Source: Raillietiella orientalis (lineage: Eukaryota). From it: DNA of 64,000 nt. Where the stretch lies: NCBI GenBank assembly GCA_036172245.1, contig JAYWIR010000026.1:248001-312000 (forward strand), written 5' to 3'. The translations under genes were made by a program, and so were the position numbers. Below are positions 36,201 to 53,849 of this stretch, piece by piece. How positions within the stretch are numbered: position 1 is the stretch's first letter; each line of letters begins with the position of its first letter. The notes below the pieces were generated by a model. The model was given only the letters and a program-made list of their open reading frames with translations, was not told where the DNA came from and did not search any database.

Positions 36201-38087
36201 ATCCTAAGCATAAAACATAAAAAGGCCTAAAAACAAAACTCACAATATGGAAAGCTTTGTAACTTCATCCTCAATTAATGTGAATGCTGCAGTGTCCAAA
36301 TGTTAAAAGTAAAATGAGAAATACAATCCCCCATGTATGAGCATAAAGGAAAGTTAAAACATTAAGGATTTTCCTTCAAGATATTATTAAGTTGGCTTGC
36401 ACAGCATATTTGCTCATACATTTCCCTCCAATATATAAAGAATCTTTGACTCCTTTATAGACTTGGGATACTTTGTTTTTAACACAAATCCAAAAACATT
36501 TGAAGCCTTTATTATAATTCTGAAGATGGTTTAGTTATTGCGAATTTTCTAAATTATTTTCAAATTCAATTTTAAATGTTCTCAACCCCAAGCTCATTTG
36601 GAAAATGGAAAAAAACACATTGCAGAATTTGGGAAAAGCACTGTCTTATTAATTGCAGTGATGATTACAATACCAAGTGAATCTCAAGCACAAGCCATTA
36701 ATTCACTTTCACAACTGCATTCTAAGATTGTTTTGAGATGCAAGCAATCTGTATTTCAAATTAGGCAATTACTTGAATTATCCTTTGCTAACTACAATTC
36801 TTGAACTCATATCAAATTTTTTTGTGACTTGGAATGGATATTATTTTGCAAGTGTGATGCACAGAATGATTCAACATACACTAATGTCGGTTTTCATTTT
36901 GGGGATGCACATTCTGTGAAACTTGGGCATCAGTTCACCAACAAAGAGATTGGAGGAATTCATGTTTTGATTTAGGGACCGTATATTATGTGTGAGCATA
37001 CATATAAATATTATGTACATCTATCTACCTTTGTCCAAACAGCTGTACTATGTAACTCTGTACTCTACCCTTACAGAGGTTAAGGCACCACCGTTCTTTT
37101 TACATCTTTCTATATCTTTAGTATCTCTGAGTGAACATGCAATAGTTGTGAATCCTGAAAATGAGCCCTCATATTACTCAATATTACCTTGCTGTGAGTC
37201 TGTAGCTTTGCAGTAAAATACTTCATTTTAAGGATTCTCATGCTCCAGATCCTTGTGAAACAATTATGTAACTCTAGTGCTTTATCACTGCAGGACAGCA
37301 TTTGATGTCTTTGGAGCATTGTTTTTTTTCACACGGTTTCAAAAATTAACACCTTTTCCATACAGTTGGCATTCCATTCAATTGGATCATAAATCCAATT
37401 GAAAATTCTGCATATTATTGAATAAAGATGGTAGAAGTAGTGAAAGAAAACGCTGAAACTTTGGATCTTTAGGAAATTCTAAATATGCCTTTTAAAGCCT
37501 AAATTTTAAAGCCTCCATAATGCCATCATTCTATTTACAGTGGTCACCAAATATTATAATTTTGGCCATGGGAGAGCATGAATATATGTAACCTACAACA
37601 TTACAGAAATCTGGATTTTCATGATGGATTTCCTGAATTAACTATTTCTTGGAATTTCGGACATCATCATCAACACCCGTGGTAAGCGGCTTAAAAGTTC
37701 AGCAACAATAATACTTTCTATTGACACAACAGTCCCCAGGAAGGAAACACTAACGTCTGAGATGATAACTGATCAAATTAAGACAAACAAATGAACTCGG
37801 GCTTTTTAAAAGCTGTTGCTGCATTGCTTGCAAAGGAATAGTGGGGCAGCACCTTCGAGAGAAATGAACCCCTTCGGGCTGAACTTTGAAGCTTTGGAAG
37901 AAAATTTTGGAGCACACCTTTTCCCACACGGGGCACGCGGTGTCCGCTACGTTGCGGTGGTCCGGGGAACACCGCGGCAGTCGAACTGCCGTCAACCGAA
38001 GGGACCTCCGGCGCCGGCGTTTCACCCCGCCGCCCGCGGAGGGAGCGCGCGAGACTGATAAGCCGACTTACACAACGGATCTCCCAA

Positions 38088-38159
38088 GCCGTGATCGTCT
38101 AGTGGTTAGGACATTGCGTTGTGGCCGCAATAACCCAGGTTCGAATCCTGGTCACGGCA
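38088..38159 (+). tRNA. tRNA-His (GTG)
   Basis: GCCGTGATCGTCTAGTGGTTAGGACATTGCGTTGTGGCCGCAATAACCCAGGTTCGAATCCTGGTCACGGCA: canonical cloverleaf, no encoded CCA, TTTTT Pol III terminator just downstream. Confidence 0.98.
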
Positions 38160-41100
38160 CACTGTTTTTGCGCGATGCTCCTCCCCCGCGCGCAGCCGCC
38201 CGACCCCCCTTTTTCCCCCTTCTTCTCTCCGCTTCGCGGACGCCCTCGCGGAAGGAGGGGGAAAGCTCCGGGCTCTTTTTTTGCCTGTCGGAGAACGACG
38301 GTCTTTCCGGAACAGTCGAAGGGAGACGGCCGCACGTGGGGGACGTGGGTGCGCCTTCGGGGAGAGGGAGGTTCCCCCGAAGCTCCCCCTCGTCCGAGAC
38401 GCGTTCGGTCGACGGCCACGAAGGGTGGGGGGGAGGTGCTTGGGTGGTGTGGCAGGCAAAGCACCAATTCTTCTGATTTGGTAATCGAGCGACAGAGGCT
38501 GCCCTCCCGAGACGGTCAGAGGGAGAGACCGTGGTGGCGATCGCAAATCGATTCCCAGAACTTTCCCGGAATTCGATTCAAACGGCAGCACGGGGGCGGC
38601 GGCTGCCCCCTTTCTGCTCTGAAGCCTTCGAACGAGAAGTTTCTGAATATCGAAAAGCTTTCCCATTCTCACATTCTCCGACGCCATCTGCGAAGAGCGT
38701 TCTCTCTTTCCCCCACAAAGGGACAAAATTCGTGGGGGTGCTTTCCGCCGGAAGAATTTATTTGTGCTTTCGACCACCAAAGAATGCTCAAAAGTTGCTG
38801 TGACAGACGCGAATCAAACGGCTCCATGCGATGAAAAGCATCTCAAAGTCCATATGGATTGCAATGAGTGCCTTTTAGGGGCCTTCTGGTGTTCCAAACA
38901 CGGATGATCGCCCTACAAGAGGTATATCTCGAGGAGACCGAAAATGGGGACGGACCCAAAAGGGTCACATTTCGAGGACAGCACTTCTCCCACTGATGTT
39001 AGGATCCCTACTCTTCAACAGAACTCGGTGATGGTCACCACCTTCATTTAATTTTCACCTTTTCCTATATAAATGGTGGTCCAATTGTGCCTTTTATTGG
39101 GCATATCAGAAAGCATCAATGGGTTTATGGCATTTGTGAAGCATCACTGAAACTCACTTCGAAGATATATGCAGCCTCCTTGTTGGCGTAAGAGATTGGG
39201 GGTGGTCATGCGAGTGCATAATGTCAGTTTAAATGGTAGTCGAAAGGGGTTTATGAGGTGGGTAGCGGTAATTTTCGTGTTGTAGGAATAACGGAGATTG
39301 TAAGGGTTCAGTTTATTTGAGTAGTAAGTTTAATTAGTTCTGATTTTTATGGAATAATGGAAATGTGTTTGTTTAAGTTATTCGAAAATAATTTGAAGTT
39401 ATTTTGCTACATAAAATGCCATGCAAATGTTTTCAAGTGAATAATGACGAATGAATTTAAATGCATTCACATTTATTTGTTGATGCATACTGATGACAAC
39501 TTCTGCCTAAATGAAGTTAAAGCTGAATGCAAAAATTGCAGAAAGGTTTTTTTTCTTCGTTCTGATGTTAATCTGTCGATCCAAAAAGTTGGGCAAATGA
39601 AATCGAAATGGCGATATCGAGAGAGAAAATAGAGGGAAGGGGGGGGGAATCCAGAATTGATTCAGATTAATAAGAGTACCGCAGTTCCATATAAATTAGC
39701 TCTTAGTGGGATGAGAAACTCAAAGCATAAGGAACTGAAAGTTTTTAACCACTCCCTCATTGTTGATGATTTACTGAAACATTTTATTCTCACCATTCTG
39801 GAAACGCTCAATCCTCATCAGAGTCGTGTTTGAGGCTTCATCCGAGTTGAACCCAAAATGGTTGGAAGTCAACACCCAGTTTCTGTGTCTAATCAAATCA
39901 TTCCCAAAGTACTGAACACTCACTCTTTTCAGTACCCACTGAGATTTCCATCTCCCAGCAATCATTTCGTAAACAACGTTTTTACCTTTTCTCACTTTTT
40001 CAGTTTGCTCTTTGTGTGGATTCATTGTCTTACAGAATAACTTAGTTGTGTGAGAAAGGGCGATACGTAAATATAAGAACTCTGAATGAGAAAATACGTT
40101 TCTTTCCCCAAGAAGTGCAGAGCAGCCCCATTGTACCATCTCCATCCGTCAGATTAAGAGACTTCCGCCCGATCAGAACTGCCACGTTCCAAAGTTCCTT
40201 CCCAAAAGAAGCACTTTTCTGTCGGTGCCGCAATCCTCCAGTGGGAGTATTTCTTCTTTTGCAACAGCAAACATATTTCTTAGAAAATGACACACAATTG
40301 CGCTCCCTTCAAAAGTTCAGAAAATAAGTACTAAACCATAAGCCAAATAAGGAAAATGCATATTTTAAACCATGACATTACTTAGGAACCCAATTTCCGC
40401 TGGTAAAACTTTTCATCGGCTGAAAACCTCATCCCAAACATTCGGCTGATAAATATAATGTTACAATAATTAGAACTGATATAAGATTAGCGGTGAGGTA
40501 TTGTCTCTTTAGTACTGAATTCAGTAATGCCTCTCTCTCGAAAAAAAAGATGAATGCACGTACCTTAAGAGAGATGGATGATTTCAGGGAAAAAAATAGA
40601 AAGGGAAAAACTGCTAAAAAAAAAATATTCTGCTGAAACTTGATTCGAGACAAAAGTAATGTAAAAAGAAGTGGGACAAACGGAATTTTGGAGGAAGCAT
40701 CGAAGAACGGCAATAATACGATAACTTTCAAACATCATAAACCAATAAAATAGAAGAGTGGATCAATCGCCTTCACTCAAATTCATCCAATTCCATACGG
40801 ATGACAAAATAAACCAAAACTGTGATGGTTTCCCTGTTTTCACAGATGAAATTGCATTCAAAGATTCAAGTTTTCTATTTTGAGAGATTATGGTAAAGAA
40901 ATTGTAAAGAACAAATTATTGTGAAGAAAATGAGGAAGAAATATAGAAGTGATACTGGAACCGTTTATTACATATTTTTATATAAGTAATTGTTCAACAA
41001 GCAAAGCTCTTCATTTCAGCAGAGGGAATTCATTGCAATGGAAGCGTTCATTCCAATGTTTTCATTTTTCGCCTTTTTCTTTTGAGGCTTTGTAGCTTGT

Positions 41101-42171
41101 GATATAAATTGAGTTTATCGTGAAATTGATCAGATTCTTCTGATGGTTTTTATTTCATGCACAATGTGAGACTTGTGTGTAGTGATTACTCTTTGAGACT
41201 TCCAATTCTGCTTTCACTTTCTCTATGAATGTTATATCAGGCGAGCAGTCTTTTCATCTGATTTTATGCATATCTAATGAATTTATTTCTGCAGAGCGTT
41301 TCACAGATCAGTTGATTGCGGTCAGTTTTCATGTACTCATCGTAATCGATTTACTTTCTAGAATTTCTGTTTAAAGAAAGTGCTTGTAAAGTATTGCTGC
41401 AATAGTAAAATGAATTAGTTATTAGGTTTTCTAAGTCATGCTATGTATTGCTTAACGAGGTTTGCACTAGATAATTGAATTTCGATCCCGACCCCCTGCA
41501 AAGTTGAGTGAAATCTAAGAAACCATGTGCATTCAAATATTGGCAGTTTTGAAAAATGTTAACAAGGGATTGAAGATGTATTTTTCAGAATGAATGCTTA
41601 TTTCATGTTCTGTCATCCATTTTTTATCTACATCGGAGTGTCATTGCTTGTAATTAATATTTGGTGGTGTGAATGTAACTGTAAGCGAACTAATTGGTGA
41701 TGGCAATCATTAGCAGATATAGAAATGTAGGAGTACCAGATGCACCAATTTTTCTTAAACTTTTCCACAGTCTCGAAATATTCAACTGTTAGACCTTCTC
41801 GTTTTTATTAGACCAAAAAGAGTTGAATTGAATATAGGATCTTCCATGTACAATCTCATTTTTTGCACCTCATATGGGATTAGTTGTACTTGATTGCTTT
41901 TGTACAACTAGGGAGGAAAGTAGAATCGAAGGCGTGGAAACTGCCTATCGAGATTTGTAAGAGACCGAAAAGAGTGCATAACACTGCCTGTTTGGCACAG
42001 AGTTTGCATTTCGGTGGAAAGGCGCATTGATGTGCCAACATTTTTCTTTTGTTGCTCATAATTAAGTTTAGGGGAGCTGCTGCCGCAAAACGGCATGTAA
42101 AGATGTACTTTTATTCATGAAGTGCTTAAAATTTATTCAGCTCTGAGCTTACGTAATAGCATTAATTTAAA

Positions 42172-45828
<3,657 letters not shown>

Positions 45829-46649
45829 CCATCTTTTATCAGGATAGTAAAGTTCATGACTACTGATGGTGGTTGTGCTTTGCATGAAATCATTACTGAT
45901 AAAAAAGCACAGTCCGTTTTTCTCACTCTCACTTCCTCGATTTGTGTTCTCCTTTGATCAGTTGACAAAGAAAGTATGGATGTTTCTTGCAATAAGCAGG
46001 TGTTTCCTATGACTTGAGGTGTTTGCAAGTGCTTTTCACATTCAGTCCACGCAAGCGAAGTTATCACTCATGTGAGACAAATAAACCGAAAAGGAGAAGC
46101 CGCATTTGATGGAGAAGCACCTTCTTTTCTTTTTGCTCATTACTAGTTTAGGGCTCAACTGTGTGTTTTTCTTGGATTGCCAAATTTTAGTCTCATAAAT
46201 CATTCAACTGCAGCACTTTCTTCTGCACTGCATGCAAAACTACACGCTTGCATGATGGTACGCATGCAACCGGGTAGTTGCATTTATGGCACGCATTTTT
46301 TAAAAAAGGGGGGAAAAAAATCCTTCTTGTGCAGTTTCATCCGGTGTGAAGCCGTGGAAGGGAACCAATAATCCGTAAATGAATGGTATCGGTCAGAATA
46401 CTGCATGGATGAATGGAGTCAAGAGAATCACTGCACACCGAGTGGGAATTTGGGGGGAAAATCGAAAGTGGAGATTGCCAATGCTGCATGAAATGAAGAA
46501 AAGTAAGAAGCAGTTGCATCTCTACACGTGGGACGTTACCGTCCAGAGTGGACACTCCGTCAGTCTACTAGTGGGAGGCGCATCGTTTGGTTTCGCTCAC
46601 TTGAAGTTTTCAACGCACGAAGATACGGAAATCCTACATACATAGAATG

Positions 46650-47360
46650 AAATTTACACACGGGGCCGATTCATCCCCCAGGATGTTCCCTAGAATAAGA
46701 ACCGGTGGGACTCCAGCAGTTCAGAGCAGTCCAAGCAACCACATGATTACCGTTATTTTTGCTCGAGGCTCCGGTACGAAAGCCCAAGACGGTGAGGACT
46801 CCAGGCGCTCCTCACCCGGTCCCCGAAAAGTGTATGCTTTCCTGGGTCTTTCAGGCCCAGAGTGGCTGGAAGGGCCTCCGTGGTGTGTAAGCATCAGGAG
46901 AGCGCAGGGACACATGGCCTCGGGGCTCCACGCTGAATTTGCACCAAGTGGTGAGGTATTGTGGCAACACTGTCTTGAAACCGGGGGAAGCAGGCCGAGC
47001 ACCGATTCGCTTGAACACCCGCGGTCGCACTTCCTGCAGGCGCGGTAAGAGGTGTGCGCGTCCAAGAAGAAAACCCCCGTGAGCGTGACCCGTTGCCAAG
47101 TGGCAGCAGCGGCAACATACGCTCCTTTGGTGCTTCGTAACGTAAGCAAAGAAACGGACTTTGCGTGTTTTGTTTTACCCACTGGCCACCTGCCCAAGTG
47201 CCAACCTGTACGATCCGCAAAACTATGGGAAGCCTCCCTTTAAAAAAGGCCCTCCCCCAAAAGATTCCCATCTGTTCCGTCTAAGAGGAATGGAACTTTG
47301 CGTCTTTCCTGTTAATCATGTCGCTGTGAAAGGAGGAAAGGCAAGTCGGCGGCGACACAT
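46650..47360 (+). mobile_element. Possible BEL/Pao remnant
   Basis: Weak ordered motifs WLEGPPW, LEHP and PTGHLPKC. Confidence 0.22.
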
Positions 47361-50056
47361 ATGAGTTATATCAATACACAGTAGTAGTAGTAGTAGTTTC
47401 TTTGAGGAAACGAAATGCATGAGGACTGCATCAAATCAACAGCGGGCTGATACTTCGGTCTTTTAGATTTGAATGTCTATCTAATAGCCGCCAGTGAGTA
47501 CCGTCGAGTTTCGATGGCCAACCATAGGGGATGTTTACTTTGAACACCATCATCGGATAGTTAAGTTGACTGCAGCAAATCTCCAGAGGTCGGAATGACT
47601 TAACCATCGGTGCACGAAAGAGTACTGCGATCACATGACGTCCCAAAGCAGGCCAAAGGTCGTAATCGAAGGTCCTGGTATTCTCATCATTCATGTTGTG
47701 GTTATGGAAAGAGTACATGCAAGGAATGTATGCAGGAAATGCAAACAGATTTGCAAGAGAAATTTGCATGTGCACTCGGAATCGAAAAGGTGGCTGTAAT
47801 CTACAAGAAAATTTGCAACCGATGAAAGGAAGGATTCTTCATTCAGCGTTGCGCTCTTCAGTCAGTCGGGGCAGCAATCTGGAAAAGAGAAACACAAACA
47901 CGGTACACTATTTAAGCGTGCAAACATTTCGAATCGCAATTTTTCATGCAGCAGTTGAAAAAACAGCAACACACGAAGAGCTGAGAAAATCGGAGCGAGT
48001 TGGAGCAGAAGAGCCGAACGAATCCCAAGCTATGGGCTCACGCAGCACCGAAACACTTCGGGTTTGCATCCTGCAATGCAGGAAAAACGTTCTCACAAAG
48101 TCAGTGAATGCTGAGCGAGGGTGAAGGCTTTGGTCTGAAAGGAGTGCTTCGTAAGAGACAATAAGCAAAAAACGATTTTCTGTCACTTTCAATAAAATTA
48201 AAGAAAGAAGAGCGAAGGAAGAGGAATGAACTGCGGCATCCTAGGGTGGAAAATAGTAAATCAGGAAATGGATAAATAATAATTGCAGCAATAAATAAGA
48301 AGAATATGAAATGGCAGCATGGAAACATATATCAGCAGGCAACAAGAGTCGGGGAAATTCCAAGGCCTGGGTTTGAGACCCTCATTAACCATCATTCATG
48401 CTTCATCAGAGCACATCATCTTTCCTTTGCAGGACGTCTCCGTTTTTGGAGGGCAATTTCGTTCGCTACGAACACACCGTGCCCCAGTGTTTGGTTCACT
48501 GAGGTCACGCCGATGGGTCGCTTCGTTTAGGGGAAAGCGCAGTGGCACTCGTTGGTTCCTAAACTTTCCTTCTGGGACTCTTTGCGTGTTTTTTCCTCTT
48601 TCGTTTCGTCATCCACATTTGCTCGCTGAAATTGAAAATGCGCGTTTGCCGGGAATCTTTCTCCTCATCCCTTCCTTTGCCTCCCCAGCAATGAAAGTTC
48701 TCGCTTTCTACAGCGGCGTCACGTTCCTCGCGGTGCCGCCGCCGTAGCAGTGCCCGCTGACCACCGGGAAAAGGTCCATCACCGTCGCGATGCTGGGGAG
48801 ATGAGCGAAGAGCTGCTGCCGTTCTCCTTTCCGACCCGAAGAAGGAAGGTGATGCATTTTTGGCTGAGAAAGCCTCACGGAAACTGGGATTTTCCCGTCC
48901 TGCCCTTTCACCTCCAAGCAACCCAAGATGGCATCAAATGATTTCAGGTAAGTCAACAGCGTCGTTAGTGCTGTCCGTGATATCTGGGAGGTGTTTTTCA
49001 ACTGCCACATCGGGGGAGCCAAGAACGTTCAAGAGGGAACGCGGATCGTCTCGAGAAATCCTTCCTCCAGCGTCTCCTTTCCGGCTGCACCTATGCGGGT
49101 CACTGGATCTGTTTCCTCCCTCGTCCCTTCTTCGCCCGTGTCTGCATCCGAGTGCAGGACGTTCGACTTGGCACTGGAAACGCTTATCCGAGATTCTTTC
49201 CTCTACCGGATCGAGGGTTTCGTTGGGGGCTTCCGTGATGGGACGGCGAAAACCAAAACTCGGAACACGAACTTGGGGGGCGGTTGGGCCAAGAGGCGGA
49301 AACGGGAACAGAATGGCATTAGAGCAAAAGACTCGGGATTTCATGAACGAAGCGGGAGAACCACCAGCGAGTCTTGCATGGACCAAGTCTGGATGTACAT
49401 CCGCGCGCCGTTTTGCACGTCACGTGGCAGCTGCGGGAAAGCAAAGATTCGTCCGTCCGTCCGCCCGCCTCCAAGATGTGCTCTCGAGAGCACCCACTGA
49501 TTTTTGTGGTCCATTTATGAAGTCGGTGCTCCGCAACAAGGGTTTTTCTTAGCTGCGACGACGTGCGTGCGACCTTGGCAAGAAGACGTTGACAGCTCGA
49601 GTCATCCAAAGCCGTTTCGTCGGGGGGAACTGAAAGCGCTCAGAGTTGCGTGAATGAACGACGTTTCTTCGCTTTTTTACTTCTTTTTTTTTGTACTTCC
49701 TGGCAAATGCGTGCGGCTGTGGAGAATGCCATCTTTGTGCAACCTCAGCGAGACGACTGAGTAACAAGGGCGTGGCCAGGCTCCCTGGTCGCCCGAGGGA
49801 AAATCGCGCGAGAATCTCCGAGATCCCCGTTTTGAGAGATGGGTCCAGGACTACGTTAAAGCGCGCGCGGCATCCGCAGAACCCGCTCGAGGCATTTTCG
49901 TGCACTCGAGTGTTTCGCTCACGAATCATCTGAAAGGACGCACGCGACCTAAGCAGCAAGGGAAGGGGCAAGGCAAGCGTCTTGGTCCCGAAGCCCACGG
50001 ATCCAAACCTCTGGGGTGCTCGGGACGTCGCAGAATGGCGCGCACGGCCTCAAGAG

Positions 50057-50836
50057 CTACCGCAAAGAGATTCCCTCTGGACAGGCTCGCTTCCCGTGGC
50101 AACGCGCGCGGGGCGACTCCCCGACCTCAACAAACTGACCTGGGTTGGTGGACTGGTTTATGATGATGAAGGTCTGTTTTGGTGATCCGAGGGACGCCTG
50201 ATTGCAGTACAGATCCGACGAATAGTACGTGTCCGGATCGACAGAGCAAGCGGAATGGTTGCGGGGTTCGAAGTAATCCGCTTTCAAAGGCATTCCATCC
50301 GGCGGCTTGCCTTCAATTGGCCTCTTGCACTGAGGACAAAAGGCGTTCATGCGCATCCATCTGCCAATGCACTCCGAGTGGAAGAAGTGACAGCATGCCA
50401 GCATCTTGAAGTGATCGTTTTCCTTGTACGGTTTTGCGCATATGAAACACATGAGTTCCTTCTTGACGTGTTCCGGCGTAATGAGCTGAGATCTGATGGA
50501 GCGGATCGTGTACGGCAGGAGGTCCTTTTGGCTGCTGCTTTCCGCACCGCCTTCTTTCGAAACGTCACCCTTGCTGTGCTTCTTGTCGGAGTCACCCTTC
50601 TTGGGCTTTTCCTCCTCGTTGTGCTCGCTCTCGTCGTCGTCGTCGGCGTCTTCGCTATCCTTGGGTTTCTTCTTGCTTGCTTTGCCCGCTTTCTTTTTGG
50701 ATGCCTTGCTGCTGCTTTCGGCGCTCTCCTCGGCGTCCTCGTCGTCGTCTTTGCTCGCGCTCTTCTTCTTGTTCTTTTTTTTCTTGTATTCCTCCTCGTC
50801 TTCGTCGTCCTTGCTCTTCTTCTTCTTTTCGCTCAT
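50057..50836 (-). CDS. Intronless RING-H2 (C3H2C3) protein with a K/D/E-rich low-complexity N-terminus; putative E3 ubiquitin ligase, 259 aa
   Basis: CFIC...LACCHFFHSECIGRWMRMNAFCPQCK in an intact ORF starting at ATG; ITPEHV before the RING recalls RNF115/RNF126-type RINGs. Confidence 0.85.
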   Translation of the reverse strand: MSEKKKKSKDDEDEEEYKKKKNKKKSASKDDDEDAEESAESSSKASKKKAGKASKKKPKDSEDADDDDESEHNEEEKPKKGDSDKKHSKGDVSKEGGAESSSQKDLLPYTIRSIRSQLITPEHVKKELMCFICAKPYKENDHFKMLACCHFFHSECIGRWMRMNAFCPQCKRPIEGKPPDGMPLKADYFEPRNHSACSVDPDTYYSSDLYCNQASLGSPKQTFIIINQSTNPGQFVEVGESPRARCHGKRACPEGISLR

Positions 50837-51789
50837 CGTTCCCTACGGCTCGAGTGCAGCGAACGGAGGTCGGATCGCGAACAGCTCCACCTACGCACCT
50901 CGTCAATTTGGACAGGGGGAAAAAACATGGCCAGAAACAAACGAAAACATGGAAGCGTTGCCTAGGATACGGCATTCTGTTTGCCAGCCCGTTCGCGGAA
51001 GAAGTCAGCGCGATTCCGCTTTTCGGGTTCCAGAAGCCGTCGGCAGTGTGTGTCCCTGAATGAGAATGTGGAGAATGCGGGAATCTTTGTCTTCCTCCGG
51101 CGGAGGCGACTCCGTTTACTCTGTAAGGCTCGCATGGAAGGTCGCATTTCACGTACGCAGAGTGATTTATCGCGAGGGAAGGCGCAAGGGGGTGAAAAGG
51201 AGGTTTCCTCTTTTCCCTGGGCGCCGAAAGCTCTTCCACGGGGCCGCCAGCGGCTTCCGGCGATGCGCATCGCGGCTGCCGGGCGGGGAGAGCGCCGTCT
51301 CTTCGGCGTGGCGCGCGGAGGCGGCGCTTCCCTTCGCCTTTCCATCCTTCGGGACGCAGCCGCCCGGCTCCGCGACCCGCGGGCATCGGAATGGCACTGT
51401 CGGCTGGGCCGCGCCGCAGGCACGTGAACAAACAACCCGGGTTTCGGTGCACTTCCGCGGCCTACCCACGAAGCAGACACCTGCGATGTGAGGTCACGGA
51501 CACCTCGAAGAGAAAACGCCTCTTTGTGAGATTGAAGTTTTTCCTTTCTTTGAGAGGGGGAGAGGGAGAAAGAGAGGGAAAAAAACACACACACAAAACA
51601 ACAACAGCAGCAGCAAAAAAGACTTCTTTCGGAAGCAGTTGGCCGGCGGACGGTTTCCTTTTTTTTGCAGCTTTGAAAGGTTCCCCCTTTACCCCATTCT
51701 GAACAAGGCCGGCGAGGGCTGGGAGGGTCACTTGCCGGAGAGGCGATGTGCGCAGCTGATGCTCAGTGAAGCCGCGATCATTGGACTGA

Positions 51790-52830
51790 GATTCGGTTTC
51801 GGGTGAGGGACGGATGAGAACCGAACGCTCCCTGCTGTCTCGAGACGGGAGATGCATCTTCTCTATGCTGCCATTTCATTTCGGTTAGAGTTCTCCTTGT
51901 TTTCTCTAAAAAATACATTTCCTCCACGGAGAACCGATTCGAATCGAAGGTTAAGTGGACCCCCGTGTAACGCGGATTCGTAGAACGTGGCGGAGGGATG
52001 GCGACAGTCCTCGTACAACGTGGTGAATCCGTGCCATGCAAATAAGGTGAACAAATTTCAATTTTGTGGCATAGATTTGTTTCCTTTTCACTTCAAATGG
52101 ATCCACAAGCAGTTCATTTTCTCGAATAATTAACGCTTTACTGTTGTTCTCAGTATCAAGATACGTTCTCCTATGTTTTGAAGAGAAAGCAGACCCCGTG
52201 TGACGCGAGGGGTGTGTTCCGCGTTAAACGAGCCCTATAGATATGCACGCATGAAGATGCAACAAGTACCTGACCAAAGGGAAGCAGTTCTTTCACTCTA
52301 AAACGAAAAGAAGAAATCCAAGGAGTTCAGCTCAAAGTGGAGAAGAGCAAGAAGGAGAGGGCTCGAAGAAGTTTTCTTGATTTCCGCTCCATTCTATCAG
52401 CTCTATCGTTCTCGCTGCGGAGGAAAAACGCTTCTTCCTGCGCGCTAACTGATTCAGGAAGACCAGCGTTCGACCTACTTGAATCTCTCTTCCCTCCCTG
52501 AAGAGACACCGCGCCAGGAGACTGAGGTGTACACGCAGCCTTCGAGCGAGCCTGCGGGTTCACCAGGCTGTACGAGGAACTGCCGCCATTTCGCGGTCAC
52601 GTTGTACGAATCCGCGTGACACGGCAGTCGACTGCTCTTCTGCCGCTCTTGGATCTCGACCTGCGGTCTGCACAGCTTTCTGCCGCCCGAGTCCTGAGCC
52701 TCCGGGAAATGCTGGATTTTCCACGAGTTTTGCGAGTCCGGTGACCAGGGGATGGACGGTCTCCGGGCAGAATCCACCGTTTGGTGCTCCCCGTCCATCA
52801 AGTGGTTCTGCATTTCGAATTCCCGAGTGG
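51790..52830. mobile_element. Two related Ty3/gypsy-like RT/RNaseH remnants in opposite orientation (~51790-52035 +, ~52330-52830 -)
   Basis: 51954-52035 aligns with the reverse complement of 52551-52633 (shared CGCGGATTCGTA and CCTCGTACA); LPCHADSYNVTAKWRQ..CVYTS resembles RNaseH LxCDASxYG.GAVLxQ..AYAS. Confidence 0.4.
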
Positions 52831-53849
52831 ACGCACCCGGGATTCGAGAAGCCCTTTCCTACTGCTGCCGAGCAGGGGCAGCCGGGCTGAGTGCTCGTAG
52901 CTTTCCAGCGGGCTGCAGGGCTGCCAAACTTCCAACGGAGTCGACACCAGCGAGAATTCCTTGTTTCTGGAAAAGGTTTTTTTTTCTGATTCCAAGTTTC
53001 TCATAAATTACGTATGTTAATTGAAGGAAAATTTTTCTCCCTTTTATTGCCCTATGCTTCCTGATTCTCATGGCCTGAATTTTGTAAATATTTAATTTGA
53101 TTCGATTGAGGATGGTTTTTAATAATATAATGTAACATGAAATTTTTTGATTAACTAATCATTGCTTTATTTAAATAAATCTCTCATTCCCTGCGCTACC
53201 TGTGAGAGAAAATCCGAGGTATGATTCATCGGTACCATAGATGTTTAGAATAGTAGGCATACTCTATAATGTGCTGAGGGAAAATTCAGCTGCAAAACAC
53301 ACACACAAAAAAGAAGCACATCCGTGAGAATTTAATTTATGGTTTGTGATATTCGCGCTTTTCTATAGTATGGAGCGCACCACGTCCCTCGGACTGTGCA
53401 CCGGGAATCTTGGTGGACGGCCCCCCGGGTGGTTCGCGGGATTTGGCGGCGCTCAGCGACGGAGCCGCGGCTTGCGGCGGCGCCATTGGAAGGGCATCAT
53501 CGAGCTGTTTGCCACCTGTGCTCGCTCGTGGTTTGCAGGATGGAAAAAAAAAAAAAAGAAAAAAAAAATGTATAAAGGGGGAACGAGGAGGAGCACAATG
53601 AAGGTCGGGAAAGAATCGATATTCATTTGCGCACCATCGCTACTGTTCCAAGTGCACGGATTTATCTTGAGGGTTCACTTTCGTTAGATATCCTCTTCCT
53701 CCCTCCCTCTCTCTTTTTTATCTGCGCTGCCTCGTGGGCAGAGCTCCGCCTCCGTCAGAGTTCTTCCGCAACTGAAGAACAAATTCAAAGTCCCTGGCGA
53801 ATTCGAGCGCGGATGTAACCGAGAAAAAAGAAATCACGTTCAGGTGAGC

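Noticed and set aside
39771..40330. Capping protein alpha-like fragment (GRWKSQWVLK..VQYF)
   Set aside because: The similarity covers only a few residues, and no consistent exon chain could be built.
47480..47825. Cys-rich CXC-like tail of a DNA-transposon-derived protein
   Set aside because: The cysteines are split across frames and no upstream domain is recognisable.
48930..49020. EnSpm/CACTA transposase N-terminal motif (WQLK..ISRTALTTLL)
   Set aside because: A single short motif with no other transposase signature or terminal repeats.
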